64,000 nt of DNA, from NCBI GenBank assembly GCA_010093705.1, contig MU006091.1, positions 806,001 through 870,000 on the forward strand, given 5' to 3'. The DNA comes from Patellaria atrata CBS 101060 (taxonomy: Eukaryota). Below the pieces are notes generated by a model. That model worked only from the letters and a program-made list of their open reading frames with translations, was not told the origin of the DNA and ran no database searches. Of this stretch, positions 49,486 through 63,100 are shown piece by piece. Every line of letters starts with the position of its first letter. The stretch's first letter is position 1. The translations under genes were made by a program, and so were the position numbers.

Positions 49486-50244
49486 TCATGATTTGTTTTC
49501 AACCTTGGTATCCCCCTCATCATCATCGTCATCTGCTTCCTCTTCGTCACCACTGGCATCCCAGTCATGGTCCATATCCTCATCCGAGTCACTCCCTCCG
49601 AAGTCAGGCTCATCGTCCGAGTCAGCCCAGTCATCCATGTTGAAGTCGTCATTCTTCACCGTTTTGAACGCATCATGGTGAGTTGGCATAACGTAGTCGG
49701 GTGGGATATCCTCCTTGCTGGCTTCTAGATCCTTCTTGACCATCTTCTTGTACCCCTCGATGTCGTTTCGCAGCATAACACCGGCATCCACGTTAGCGGG
49801 TGAGGATACTTCGGCGTCGTCCAGTAAAGACAGAATAGAGAGGAGAACGGATTCCACGCGTTGGGCTGGTGACCAGCGCTCAGCGGCTAGTTCTCCCGAT
49901 TGCTCGTCCTCCCCAGGTGCATGTAGAATGGATATGCAGAGGCGACCATCCGGGTAGATATTCGGGTGATACAGCGGTCGAAGAAACTTGAAATCTAGAT
50001 TTGCCGTTAGCTCGGAAACATGTTATGACGCTAGATCGTTATTTGACTTACCGGGTGGCACATAGGGATATTCCTTCTTGAATGTCATCTTGGCCTTGAA
50101 ATAGCCACCGTAATAAAGAGAGTCCGGATTCAGGACGATGAGTGCCACACTCCATTCGTAAATGTTCTCGTTGATCAAATCAATATTGGTCCATGGTTCC
50201 TTAGAAAGAGTGCGGTACTCGTTCATGAGAATGCGTTCGGCCAT
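49486..50244 (-). CDS. CDC34: Ubiquitin-conjugating enzyme Cdc34/Ubc3, 2 exons
   Basis: YYGGYFKA, HPNIYPDGRLCISILH, acidic loop GEDEQSGELAAERWSP and a long acidic tail. Confidence 0.9.
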
Positions 50245-51657
50245 AGCGGGTGTCGTTCTTCTGTGAACGACGGCACCAGTATGGAGAGTTCGGGGGGTTG
50301 CCTACAATTAAAAATAGAAAGGTGTAGGACCGCAATATGAGGTTCGAAGGTTGAGACTTGTAGGTTATGAAAAGGTGGACTCAGCAGAAAGGTCCAGTGG
50401 TTCTAGCCAGCAGGGTAAGGCTGGGACGTGATGAGGGCCGCCGTGATCGCTGGGGTTCGCCAGCCGCTTTATGTTGTGCCGAGCTGCTGCTACTGTAAGT
50501 AACGATTTGAAGGACTTTTTTTTTTTTTTGAACAAACGAATGGCTTCAGCAACTGGTAGATAAAGTTACCGTACCGGTAGTCAAACAGTGTATTTGATTT
50601 TGGCTCGAACGTATGATACAACCTGGCTTCACCTAACTGGTTCTACAAAGGGAGAGTGATACATCTCGGCGCAGCTGAACACGCCCTTTCTTCTTCCTTT
50701 TGTAACTCTCCATCTCGTGGTCTGTCATACTTTGTCATCGTACAGTACTGAGACAATTTGGTCTGCTGCGACAAATATCTCTGACTCCTCCCTCTCGACC
50801 GGACTGAACACGCGGTGTCCTTCGCTGTCCTGGTCCGAACGCAACAGTGCAGCCCCTATTTGCAAAAGATAGACGTAGTGCAGAAAGATCAGCATAAGTA
50901 AGGTACGAATGTACAGCCGTATTTGATTGCTCTCTCCAGATCTTATTATCGTCTAAACCTTCAAGTTCTATTTCCTTGAGGTGGGTACCTTTTGTAGTGG
51001 AAGATCATCCTCACTCCTGGAATTGAGATGGGATAACATTTCATCTCGAGCGCATTCTCAACTTCTCATCAGGATAACAGCTTCTCGCCTCATACAGTTA
51101 CGCTATTGCTACCCTGATCATGGATAGCAAAGAGAACAGCTATATGGACTACGAATTATACTTGGTGCAATCATCCTCAACTCGTACTTGATGTGCTGAA
51201 TCTGTCGTGCTTTGATATTGTCCAGCCAAAAGGTATAAACATGTCTCTCGGCTTCCTGTACCAGTTGTGAAGCGCCTAAATCCTTCGGTCTGTACCCCAA
51301 GGTCGGGCAGTCAAGCACCCATATCTGTCCGCTTTTCCGCCGATGTTAAGGGTTGCTCGGGTGGGTAAGATACGGTATTTCCTCCCTTCCATCGGTCTTG
51401 GCAAACGCTTAATTGCACCTTTTCCATCCATACATCTACCATTTTGCATGCCCAAGCACGATCCAACATACCAGCATTAACCACCTTTGCAAACTGCAAA
51501 CAACGTTGATAACACAGACTAATCAAGAGCAGAAGAACAACCAGACGTCCGAAGACAAAATTGCTCAATCCTACAAATACTGCGCGCAACCCCCCCAAGG
51601 AGCACGGCGCGCCAGCTCCCCTCACACGACGATCTCCTCTCATAACATCACACAGCG

Positions 51658-53223
51658 ATGCCGCCAGCAGTAAGCCGGTTCGCGCCTCAGAACCTCTCGA
51701 ATCCATTCAATCATCTCAACAACCATCATTCGTTACAGCAGAACTCCCATCTACAGCACTCGAATCACAACATACAGTCTCAGAACCTGAGCGGACATCC
51801 TGGCTTCGGGGGCGGCAATCCAGGTCTCTTTACACCTTCGACAGGCAATGGAGCCATTCCCGGAGCGTTCGGGGGTGGCGGAGGATTAGGAGGTGGAGGA
51901 ACGGGACTGGCGAGCCATGCGGCGCAGATGGGTTTCGCTCATGGAGCACAGTTACAACAGGAACAGGCGAGAGAAGCTGCAGGTTTAGCACAGACTAAGG
52001 GACTCGGTGGCAGGATAAGAGAAGTATGGCGGGGAAATTTAGAAGCGGAGATGAGAAATCTACGGCAGCTGGTGGATAAATATCCATACGTCAGTATGGT
52101 ATGTTGACCTGAAGAACCCAAACGCGTTATCACAAAATTCATGTGCTAACGATTGGGATTCTAGGATACTGAATTCCCAGGCATAGTCGCGCGACCGATG
52201 GGTGAATTCCAAACTAAAGCCAGTTACCACTATCAAACCGTCCGCTGCAACGTCGACCTCCTGAAGCTCATCCAACTCGGCATCACCCTCTTCGACGTCG
52301 AAGGCGAACTTCCCCCCGCCCAGCCTGACTCCAAAACTCTCACCCGCGCTTCATATCACAACAACCTCATAATGTGTCCCTGCACCTGGACCTTCAACTT
52401 CCAGTTCTCCCTCGAAAAAGACATGTACAACAGCGACTACATCTCCGTCCTGACAAAAACGGGCGCCGACTTCGAAAAGCACGCAAGCCAAGGCATCGAC
52501 CCCCTTGAATTCGGCTCCCTGCTCATAACCTCCGGCCTCACCCTCTCCGAAAACGTGCACTGGATCTCCTTCCACAGCGGCTACGACTTCGCGCACCTCG
52601 TCAAGCTGATGTGGGCCCAGCAGCTCCCCGCCGACGAGGAGGAGTACCGACGCCTCGTCCAGATCTTCTTCCCGCGCATCATAGACGTCAAGTTCCTACT
52701 CCGGCACGCGCAGAAGCTCGCCACCCGCTCCGCCCTCTCGGCCCCCGCCACCGCCATCATCAACGCCCTCGGCACCCAGAAGTCCGGCCTCCAGGACCTC
52801 GCCGACGAACTGGCTTGCGCGAGGCAGGGCACCCAGCACCACTCCGGCTCCGACGCCTGGCTCACCGGCCTCGTCTTCTTCGCCATGCGCGACAAGATCT
52901 TCGACGGCGACATCCCCGACGAACTTACCGGCCAGATGTGGGGTCTCACCGGCGTCGGCGCACCGGCTTCCGCGGCTATCCAGCAGGCGGTCCTCGCGGC
53001 CCAGGGCCAGGTTAATGGGCAAGCGGCGCAGGGTCAGCAGGCTCAGGGCTTCCACGGTGCGGGCGCACAGTTCAGGGACGGCCCTAGCACGCCGACGACG
53101 GGACATGCGGGACTGGAGCGCACGACGCCGGGTCCGGGGATGGCGGGGCTGGGACCTAGTGTTGGTAGCATGACGCCCGGTGGTGGCGGCGGCGTGTTCG
53201 GGAATTTCCAGTATGCGAAGTAA
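51658..53223 (+). CDS. CAF1: CCR4-NOT deadenylase subunit Caf1/Pop2 (DEDD nuclease), 2 exons
   Basis: IREVW, VSM|DTEFPG, YQTVRCNVDLLKLIQLG, WISFHSGYDF, HHSGSDAW; catalytic DEDD residues appear intact. Confidence 0.95.
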
Positions 53224-53791
53224 AAGGCTGGGAGGAGAAAGCGGCTTTGACATCCTGGCTGGGCGAGTTCTTTGAAATCGTTGACGAGGTTTTCTGCGCA
53301 AGGTTTGTGCTAAGATGTCTCTGGGTGGCCTTTTTGCCTGAGTTCGGACTTTTTCGGTCCCGGAGACGGCGGGTTGTGTATGTAACCCCTTTTACTGCAC
53401 GAAACGTGGTCCGGCGCTGGATGGATGGGCTTGCGGTACTTTGTATCGACTTGAGTTGGTGCGGTGCTGGGCTAGCTAGGTAGGTCTCATAACCCGGACT
53501 ACGGGAGTTGAGTTCAGCGAATGCTCTTTCTGCTTGACCTTCTCGAGTCGTGGGACTTCAGTGTTTGCTTGTACTGTACACATAGCGTTGAGCCGACGAG
53601 CGAGAAAGAAGAATAAAGGAAGTTAGGAAGAAACGTCTCTCTCTGGCCAGTATCACAGGTTAACAGGATGGATAAATAATGTATATGTATTACAGCAGTG
53701 CTATCCACCCATAAACCTCGGGAGATTTTCTTTGCCAAAATACTACCTCAACTAATAGTGATACAATAACAGGGATCTATATATATCCCAT

Positions 53792-55857
53792 TCACCCATC
53801 TACAGGCTCATACCCAGCATCCTTCCTCTCCTCCGCGACCTTCGTGGTCAAATACGCCGCAACCAGCGCACTCAAGCCCCCAAACCGCAACACCCACGCG
53901 ACGCTATTATCTCCCGGTGCGCCTCTCGGGAGCTGCGTAAACTTGAAGATGACACTGGCGACCAGAGTCGCAACCGCCTGAGGTGCGGCCACGGCCACGT
54001 TGTGTATACCGAGCACGACACCAGCCTGGTCCTCAGCCTCGGTGACGCCATCGGCCAAGAGCTGTCCGTCGCGCGTGGGTGGGGCGCGTAGGAGACCCCT
54101 GCGTATGGCGTCGCGTTTGGAAATCTCGGAGGAGATGAGGGCGAAGGGAGCCCAGCCGGTGAGCGCCCACGGTAGACCGATGAGGGCGATCAGGGCCGTA
54201 GCGGCGGGAACGGAAGAGACGAAGAATGTCATGAACATGAGGAAGGCGAAGAAGATGTGGGAGAGGAGCCAGGCGCGACGGAGGGTGAGTGAGCTGATGC
54301 GGAATGAGGGGAAGAGGGAGAGGAGGCGTGATGTCCGTTGTGAGGAGGATAGCTTGGATGACTTGGAAGGTAATAGTCCGGATGAAGTAGGTGTGAGAGG
54401 AGTCGGAGTAACCTCTTGAGGCGCTTCGTACGTCGGTTGGATGACGAAGGGAAGGACTATACTTGCAGTGAAGGTGGTGATGGCAAAGATAAGGAGGGCG
54501 CGGGTGGCTATACGGGTAGCTTTTTCGAAGACGGCGTCAATTTCGGACTCGGACATATTGGGGTTCTCTTCGAACAACGGATCTGCGTAGATTTCACCAC
54601 AGTAAGTGGTGATGTAAAAAAGGAAGGGAAACCAGCCCATCCAAGCAAAGAACTGCACTTGACACACTTTTTTGATCTGTGGAGGTAGTCGCCGCATGGA
54701 GCGGAAGAGACCTGTGAAGAAGGAAATCAAGCCGGTACCAGTGTTTTCTGGTGGTGGCTCGAATCGAGCATCTCGCTCTCCAATTGATCCACAGCTGACC
54801 GAAACGGTAAGGACCAGTGCAAGAGATGCTATAGCACATAATCCTTTGAATTGGCTGTCACCGAGAAATGGGAGCATCTTCGGGAGATTAACAGAGCCAA
54901 ACATGTACGCTACAATGTTGCCAGCACCACCGGAACGCAGAATCCATGCGTTGGCCGCTTCTTGTTGATGAGTAGGTGCACAATCGACGACAAAAGCTCT
55001 GATAGCCGCTTGGACTAGATATCGATTAGTTCCCGGGTTCGGCCAACATCAGGAGCCTAATCGATGAATGACTTACTAACGTTGATGGCAAAATCCAAGA
55101 TGTAAACGAAGGCGGAGGCGAAGACGATGATGGAGACACGCGTCCCGTTCGACTGAGGATCAACCCCAAACATAGACAAAAAGCCACCTACAATCTCTCT
55201 TGCCCATGCCAACATCATCAAGGAAACAATAGTCGCGGCTGCACCTCCTATTATGAAGGGTCTCCGCTTTCCAAATCTCGATCTACTATTATCACTTCTT
55301 AAGCCAACATACGGTTGGACCAAGACACCTGATAGGGGACCAGCGATCCAAACGAGGGCAAGGAGAGATTTACTCAACCCGAGGGAGAGCAGGTATGGCT
55401 AGAACATGGGTTAATATTTGGTTTCACTAGTTGCAATAAGAAAGAACATACTGAGAAGTTCGATGTTTCTACCGACCATGATATCTGTAGACTATCAACC
55501 GATCAATCTCCATCGTTCACTCTGATATTGCTGGATAGGTAGACGAGACGGAACGCACCCTCCTCCAGTTATGGTCAACAAAATCAGGTACCAGACACTT
55601 TTTGTTTCCTCTTTGGTGTCCACGTTCCAATCTTCCTCATCTAAAGTGCCAGGACTTGCGATATCCGATACTTCGGTCTGTTCAGAAGCGCGAGGTTCCA
55701 ACAGAGGGGAGTTCTCGTTGATGGGTTCTTCGGCTTCATGACGTATGACGTTGTCTCTCGGGTTAGGTACGTGCGAGCGAGATATCGAAGGCCGTCGCGT
55801 TGAGCTAGAACGTCGCGAAGAGGAGTCGGAGCGATTTGGAGATTTGCTTGAGGCCAT
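53792..55857 (-). CDS. SUT1: GPH-family sucrose/alpha-glucoside transporter (Sut1/SLC45-like), 4 exons
   Basis: WIAGPLSGVLVQPYVGLRSD..RFGKRRPF, LDFAIN|VQAAIRAFIVD, QFFAWMGWFPFLFY, GVVLGIHNVAVAAPQ. Confidence 0.88.
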
Positions 55858-56594
55858 AGTTTGGGGTGATGGGTACCTTAGTATATGGGGGAATCAGGTC
55901 AGTTTGCGGTTTGTTTATGGCATGAAGTCCGCGGTGAAGCCAGTGGCTTTTCGTCTCATCAACGGTGATGTCAAGCAGTTCGACGAGATAAAAGACGATG
56001 GGTAATATAGTATGGGATGTTGTTGATGATAAACATTTCCGTTGAAGTGTAGTTAGTCTGGATGAGTGGGAAAGAAGGGTCAGGCGTTGCGGAAATTCAA
56101 GGTCGCGAGACCATCGGAGGGTGATTGGGGGCAAGGCAGGCGGCCACGTAGCTGACGGCATAGTGAATCGGTTTTAGAGACATGCAATGCACTGGCAAGG
56201 TAAGATACTTATGGGAAACAGTAAGGTACGAAGTAACTCTGGTATATAGAAGACGGTAAATATTCTACCTATGAAGTGTGAATTTGAACAGGCAGAAGTA
56301 GTTCTTGAGTATGGGCAAGGTTGAGCTGTTCCTGCATAGTTTTGGAGAGTTTATGTACGCGGCGAAAGTTAATTGATGGGAATCTTATCGCCCTTATCAG
56401 TCGTACAGTCGGGTACCTGGTGGAGTACTGATGCCTACCTTACCTTATTGTGATGGGTGTGCTGTGTGCTGCAACTTGAGTTCCAGGCAGTGTTGCTTGC
56501 CCTGATGTGCGTACCCAAATCGAACCCAAGGACGATCTCGGCGAGACCAAACACCTGCGGAGGGGTACAAGGGGGGATGGTGGTAGGGGTACAA

Positions 56595-56645
56595 TGGGGG
56601 GGTGGTGGTGGTTGTGGTGGTTGTGGTGGTAGTGGTGGTGGTGGT
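56595..56645. repeat. G-run plus imperfect (GGT)n microsatellite
   Basis: ggggg ggtggtggtg gttgtggtgg ttgtggtggt agtggtggtg gtggt. Confidence 0.8.
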
Positions 56646-57201
56646 CAAGAAAGCGCACCTCAGGCATTCTTCAGGCAGGTACTCTTCGATGAGAGGCAGC
56701 TGCCCTTTTGGGGGGAGGGAAGGTGAGACTGGCAGTCATGGCCGTCCCATCCGCTTCTCTTTACTGTACCTTCACTCAACGAACAGTTCCCCGAAAATAC
56801 TACTCTCCTATTGGTTGATACCGCCTCCCCCTGGCTTCTCACCGTGAGCTCAATCGGAACGTCTGATAAGTGCGCAAGCTGGACAGTAGAACATCTGTAC
56901 TTTTTGTATCAAAACTTATTCACTTACCCTGTTACTCTCAAAGGTTCCGCACACTCCATTTATTGTATCCCAAAATACGCGCAGCGGAAGGTCTACACCT
57001 GTTAGCAATACTGCGAGAGTCGGGAATTTGCCGTTCGACCCCCGTCACCGCGCCGTTACCTATTGCAACATCCTACGTACAGCCATCCGTAGTCCACGAG
57101 TTCGCTATAGTCTCGCACACCAGCAGTTCACGAAAAATAAGAAGCGCGCTCGGAGACGGTCAACAAATACTGTCAGATGTGCTAGCACTTTCTTCAGAAA
57201 A

Positions 57202-59505
57202 ATGGCCTCGACAGTGTGGTGGGCAGCGGCAGAGCTATTGAGTACGACTATCCCTTCCGAATTGCCTCTTCATTTGCGCTTTAACTAACAAACTACGATA
57301 GAACGCGAGGCCACAGATCCCGACCCAGAAGACGGTAGGTCGTCTACGTGAATAGCCATCCTCGATGACTGGGAAGTGTACTAACCGGACAGTAGAACCT
57401 GAAGCGGGACAGAAGGAAATCTTCTCATCATGGGCACTCTTCATCCTCATCGTCCTGCTCATAATAGCTCTCTTCACCGCCTACATGTTACAGACAAGAA
57501 AAATACAAGCCGTCCATGAAACAGTCATATCTATCTTTGCTGGTACATGCGAATTATAACGTCCAAATTCTGGAGCCTATAACTGATATCTTCTAGGAAT
57601 GGTTGTGGGCCTCGTCCTTCGATTGACAGCAAATACCTCGGTATTAGGAGCTGTTAGTTTCGATTATCAGTTTTTCTTCAATCTTCTCCTTCCCCCTATT
57701 ATCCTCGCATCAGGGTACGAGTTGCATCAGGTTCGTGAAGTCGCTCGCGTGCCATTGATATACCCTCGAAGCTGATCTCTTTCAGGCAAACTTCTTCAGG
57801 AACATCGGTACTATTCTTACCTTTGCCTTCGCTGGTACTTTCATATCAGCTGTCGTTCTTGGGATAATACTCTATCTCTGGACAAGAATTCCGCTAGACG
57901 GCCTTTCAATTAGTTTCGTTGAGGCTATGTCCGTCGGGGCAACTCTCTCCGCCACAGATCCTGTTACCATCTTAGCAATATTCAATACATACAAAGTCGA
58001 TCCCAAACTCTACACCGTCATATTTGGCGAGTCAATCTTAAATGATGCGATCGCCATCGTTCTTTTTGAAACCGCGCAGAAATACGCCTCTGACCACGCA
58101 GGCGACAGCTCAGATGGCTCTTCGGAGAAGAGTCTTACTGTTTTCAGTCTGTTTGAAAGTATCGGCATATTCCTGCTAGTCTTCTTTGGCAGTTTGATCA
58201 TCGGCCTTGTTGTCGGCATTGGGACGTCCCTGCTCTTGAAGTTTACCTACGTTCGCCGGTTCCCTAAAACCGAGAGCTGTATTGTCATTCTCATCGCATA
58301 CGCGTGCTACTTCTTTGCAAACGCGATTCATATGTCTGGTATGGTCCCTCCCGTCGAGGTAAGCTCTCTTGCATGTGCTGATTTAAACGCTAGGTATCGT
58401 GTCACTGCTGTTCTGTGGAATATGCCTCAAGCATTACGCCTATCACAACATGTCCCGCAGAACGCAACTTACCACGAAATTCATATTTCAGATTACAGCC
58501 CAGCTATCCGAAAATTTCATCTTCATCTATCTAGGGCTTTCACTATTTACGGATTCAACATTAGAATTCAAACCCCTCTTCATCCTAGTAACTGTCGTAG
58601 GTATATGTGTTGCCCGCTGGTGTGCCGTCTTTCCTTTATCCCGGGCTATCAACTGGTTTATCCGGTATCGCGCTGGAAGACGCGGCCGCGAAGCTGCAGA
58701 GGAACTTCCCTACTCCTATCAAGTCATGCTGTTCTGGGCTGGGCTTCGCGGCGCTGTTGGTGTTGCCCTCGCTGCCGGCTTAACGAAAGGCAACGGCTCT
58801 ACTCTCCGCGCGACAGTTCTAGTCGTCGTCGTACTCACAGTCATCATCTTTGGCGGCACCACAGCGCGCATGCTCGAAATCATGGGCATCCGAACCGGCG
58901 TCGTCGAAGAAATCGACTCCGACGACGAGTTCGACATCGAAATCGTCACAGACGGCACATACGCCCGCAAATCCGGCCAAGGCTTCGGCCACAACCTTCG
59001 TCCCAGCGTCAACGGTATATCCCTCCCCTCCATAAACAACAACAAAAAGAACACAAGCACCTACAGCAGCGGCACCGTCAACGGCGCCCGTGCGCCCAGC
59101 CGTCCCAACGGCGTCGCCAGCAGACGCAGTTCCAGCCGCGGCCTCAGAAACCAAGATACCGCCGAGCAAGGCCTCCTCTCCCCCGTCGACAGCGGCGAGA
59201 ACAGCGGCGACGACGCGGATTTGGACCTTCCCCCGTCAGTGCGACGGTCGCCGGCCAGAATACCGTCTCCCCTGAGAGACTCGGAGTCCCCCCTGAACGC
59301 GAATTACCCCACCTCGGGGAGCCGTCCAGAACCGACCCCGGGGAGAGTCGCGTCGGCCGCGGCAGCAGCACGACAGCTCGTGGTTGGGCTTACGGAGGAT
59401 CCAGCGGGCGCGTTCAGGCAGATCGATGAGGGATTCATCAAGCCTCATCTTCTCCTGGATCCGAAGGCTGGTAATGCAGGGGCTCATGGCTCAGGCGGCA
59501 CATAA
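57202..59505 (+). CDS. NHX1: Endosomal/vacuolar Na+(K+)/H+ exchanger, 6 exons
   Basis: FFFNLLLPPIILASGYELHQ, LSATDPVTILAIF, IFGESILNDAIAIVLF, FWAGLRGAV. Confidence 0.95.
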
Positions 59506-59557
59506 ATTCTACTTTGCAACTGCTCAGTGGTTTTTTTTTTTTTTTTTTTTTTTTTTT

Positions 59558-59657
59558 NNNNNNNNNNNNNNNNNNNNNNNNNNNNNNNNNNNNNNNNNNN
59601 NNNNNNNNNNNNNNNNNNNNNNNNNNNNNNNNNNNNNNNNNNNNNNNNNNNNNNNNN
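59558..59657. other. Assembly gap between poly-T and poly-G tracts
   Basis: Run of N flanked by homopolymers. Confidence 0.99.
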
Positions 59658-60133
59658 AGGGGGGGGGGGTAAGGGGTTATGGATCAGGGATCGTGCATCG
59701 GGCTGGCGTTAGGAAATTTCAGGTACACTTTTGGCTTTTTTTGTACGATTGGAACAATAAGGAGGGGTCTGTTTTGAAAAAGATGAGACGCTTCGCTGTG
59801 TTGGTAGATTTATATATCTCGTAATTGAGAACAGATATTTTACAACCCGAGTTTCCCATTTCCGTTCCGTGACTGCTCGTGTAATTCGAATATCCGCTCC
59901 CTCTATATGTGGATGTATTGGTATATCAACGTGCTAAACGGTACGAAGGACGTAGCGTGGAAACATGTACAGGACGATGTTCCAGAAATCTTACAAAATA
60001 AGGTTCTCCCGACTCCGAACGGACTGTTTGTCACGTCCCAATAGAACAACGCTGTAAATGATATCTCACAACCTCTAGACTTCCACTCAGCTAAAGTTTT
60101 CCTATATCCCCCACCCCTACCTCTATCCACACT

Positions 60134-63100
60134 CTAAATCCTCATCTCCTCCGCAATAATCTTATACTCCTTCCTCTTCTTCGCGACCCCCGGTCTCGCC
60201 CTCTGCCTCACCTTCCCGATCCACCTCGCGAGCAGCGAAAACAGGTACCTCTCGGCCGCATACGCGCACACGAACCCCCCAACGCCCAACGCGACGAGGA
60301 AGACCTTGAAGTTCCACGACATGTCTGTGAGTTCCATGGCTCTGACGATCCAGGGGGCGGGATCGAAGAGCATGTAGGTGCAGACGGCAAGGGCGACGAC
60401 CATGGTGATGACGAAGGGCACTGTTGAAAGGGGTTAATAGGGTGAGCTGGGGTTTAAAAGGGGAGATGATTGTTTGTATTTTTTTTAAAATTTTTTTTTG
60501 GTAGCTGGATGGGGGTTCGCTTACTGTTATGACGCATCGATTGTCTAAAGGGGGGACCGATGCTGAGGACGATGGCGGAGAGGATGTATTGGTAGCATGA
60601 TACGAGGAACAGGGCGGTATTTTCCGAGTTGCGGGAGTTTGAGTGCTCCTTGTCGAGTACGGGAGGTACGAACCTAGCATGTCGTATTAATGGGTTAATC
60701 TTACAATTGGGAGCGAGAGGACAATTTACCAAGACTGCTGTTGAACTGTTTCAAACGCGATAAGCTGTATAATAATACAGAGAATTATTTGACCTAGAAG
60801 TGGCGTGAGGACCTTCCTCGATACAAGACTTGCGGTCGGTCTCTTCTTAGATAGTTTTGAATAAGCTCCTGTCCATCCCATGAAGATAGCAATGGGTAAG
60901 ATCAACGCTAGATCGATGAATAAAAACTGGAAATCTCCTAGATTGGACCCCGAAGCGTAAAGGAAGCTGACCGTCGTGAACTGAATAGCTGAGTACAGAC
61001 TCATGTACTTGAAGCAGCTGAAACTAGTCACAAGAGCTGCTCTGCCTTCACGGATGACTTCTGGTACGCAGGAAATATCGAAGACCCTACTGGTGAAGGG
61101 AGCAGCAACTGACGCCTCTGCTTCCGAAAGTGATATTCCTACATCCGCTGCTTTGAGAGCTCCACAATCGTTTGCACCATCTCCACAAAATCCGCAGGTG
61201 TAGTCGATACTTTGGAGCTTCTCCACTAGTTCGTGCTTTTCATCTGGAGACATACGCGCGTAAATCTGCCCGCATACTAGCATTTCACGGAGGACTTTGT
61301 CTGATGCGAAATCTATAATCCAGCGGAAGACATCACCACTAACAGCGACGGAATAATTACGGATGTTAGAGACGTCGTAAGGTAGTGATGCATCGTGGTC
61401 GGCTGGCGGAGGCAATGGTTTGAGTGTATGTTCGTTAAGTTGATACAGCGGGTTATCAACACTTTCCCAAACAAGGCGGGATAATGGGGTTCGTGAGTCA
61501 CCCTCGAGGAAGTGAGGTACGAAGCAATGAGCCGTTTTGTCAATTAGGTTGCACTCCCTTGCGACACTAATGGCTGTTAAGATGTTATCCCCAGTACACA
61601 TAATTTTGCGAATATTTGCTCTGCTAAGTTCATCAATAACCTGAGCAGTGGTCTCTTTAAGCTTGTTTTCGAAGACAATGAATCCAACGAAACTCAAATC
61701 TGATTCTGCGTCTTGTCGCTTCATCTTTTGCACTTTGACCCAGTTAAGTTTAGCAATGGTTTTAGTCGCACAGCCGATGACACGATATCCACGGTGGGTG
61801 TAGTAGCTTAGCAGATCTTCGTAATCTGGAGGAAAAGATTCCGGTCTGCATATATCTTTCATGACCTCGGGGGCACCCTTAACATATATGTCTCCACTGG
61901 GAGAACCATAATGACGAACGACAACACTCGCTCTACGAAGTTGAGATATAAATTCAAAAGACTTAAGTACTCCAAGCTCGATAGGTTTCCGGTTATCATT
62001 CCCCTCATCGATATCATACTCCATTCCTGGTGGTGGACGGGCTACTGAAGGAGAGAGTTTATGTTCGTCCTCATCGTTACCTCCACGTTGATCACCCTCT
62101 TCATAACTCCAACCCGTGAAATCAAACATCTTAACATCCAACGGGTCGCCGACAAGTTCACCATCTATCAGACGTAAAGAATGGCATGTGGCCATAGTAT
62201 ACAGGATCGTCTTGTTCGTCCGATAGTCAATCGTAGGATCACGCTCGTACTGGGCTGCAGGCAAAAGAGAGTCCGAGTCTGGTAGAAGTTCGCTGAACCT
62301 GTTTGACTGATGTTGCGCTACACGCACACCCAGAACATCAAGCCCATCCTCAGTCAAAGTACCCGTTTTGTCGAAGCAGATGACGTCGAGCTTGCCACCT
62401 ACATTTACCCTTTGAGGGCTAATGCAGAATATAGATTTGTTTTTCAGGCGCGACAAAGCAAAACTGGTGCCGATTGTGAGTGTTGCTGGTAGTGCAGGTG
62501 GTACGACTATCGTGATGAGATCCAATGCTCTGACCACGATAAGGTGCCATGCCAGCCCAAGGTGAATGAAATTGACGAATGAAACGATGAACCCTACCAT
62601 TGCGACCATGCCCATGACGGAAATATAGCGGAAGGAATCGCGGTAAAACTTGAAGCCTGAAGGTTTTGGGAACAGCATAGAACGTACTAATGCGCCCTTG
62701 GTGGTGTTAAAGCCGGTCCTCACAACCATCGCGAGGGCAACAGCTGTATCAACTTTGTCGTCCTGTGGACGCCTGGCTCTGATGATCTTAGTTCCTGAAA
62801 AAAGCATATGACGAGCAACATCAGGGTGAATGGTGGAAGCACTTAGGTTCAGGTCATCAAGTGTCTCGTTCGTGGCAGGTATTTTGGATACAGGTACAGA
62901 CTCGCCAGTGAGCATGCTCTCATTGACAATGCAGTCCCCAGAGAGTAGAAGACTATCGCACGGAAAAAGAGTGAGGTTTGGATCCGTCACCTCATAGACA
63001 TCCCCAGGGACAAGCTCGCTTGATTCCACGCTTCGCCAGAAGCCATTTCTGAGTACTCTCACATCACATTCGAACCGGGACACTTCGCGAAGGCGCTTCA

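Noticed and set aside
52351..53301. Long antisense and alternate-frame ORFs over CAF1 (also over CTR9, SUT1 and the xylose reductase)
   Set aside because: Shadow ORFs explained by GC-rich or low-complexity codon usage of the real genes
56440..56847. Poly-His, poly-Thr and poly-Val ORFs
   Set aside because: Translations of the (GGT)n microsatellite in different frames
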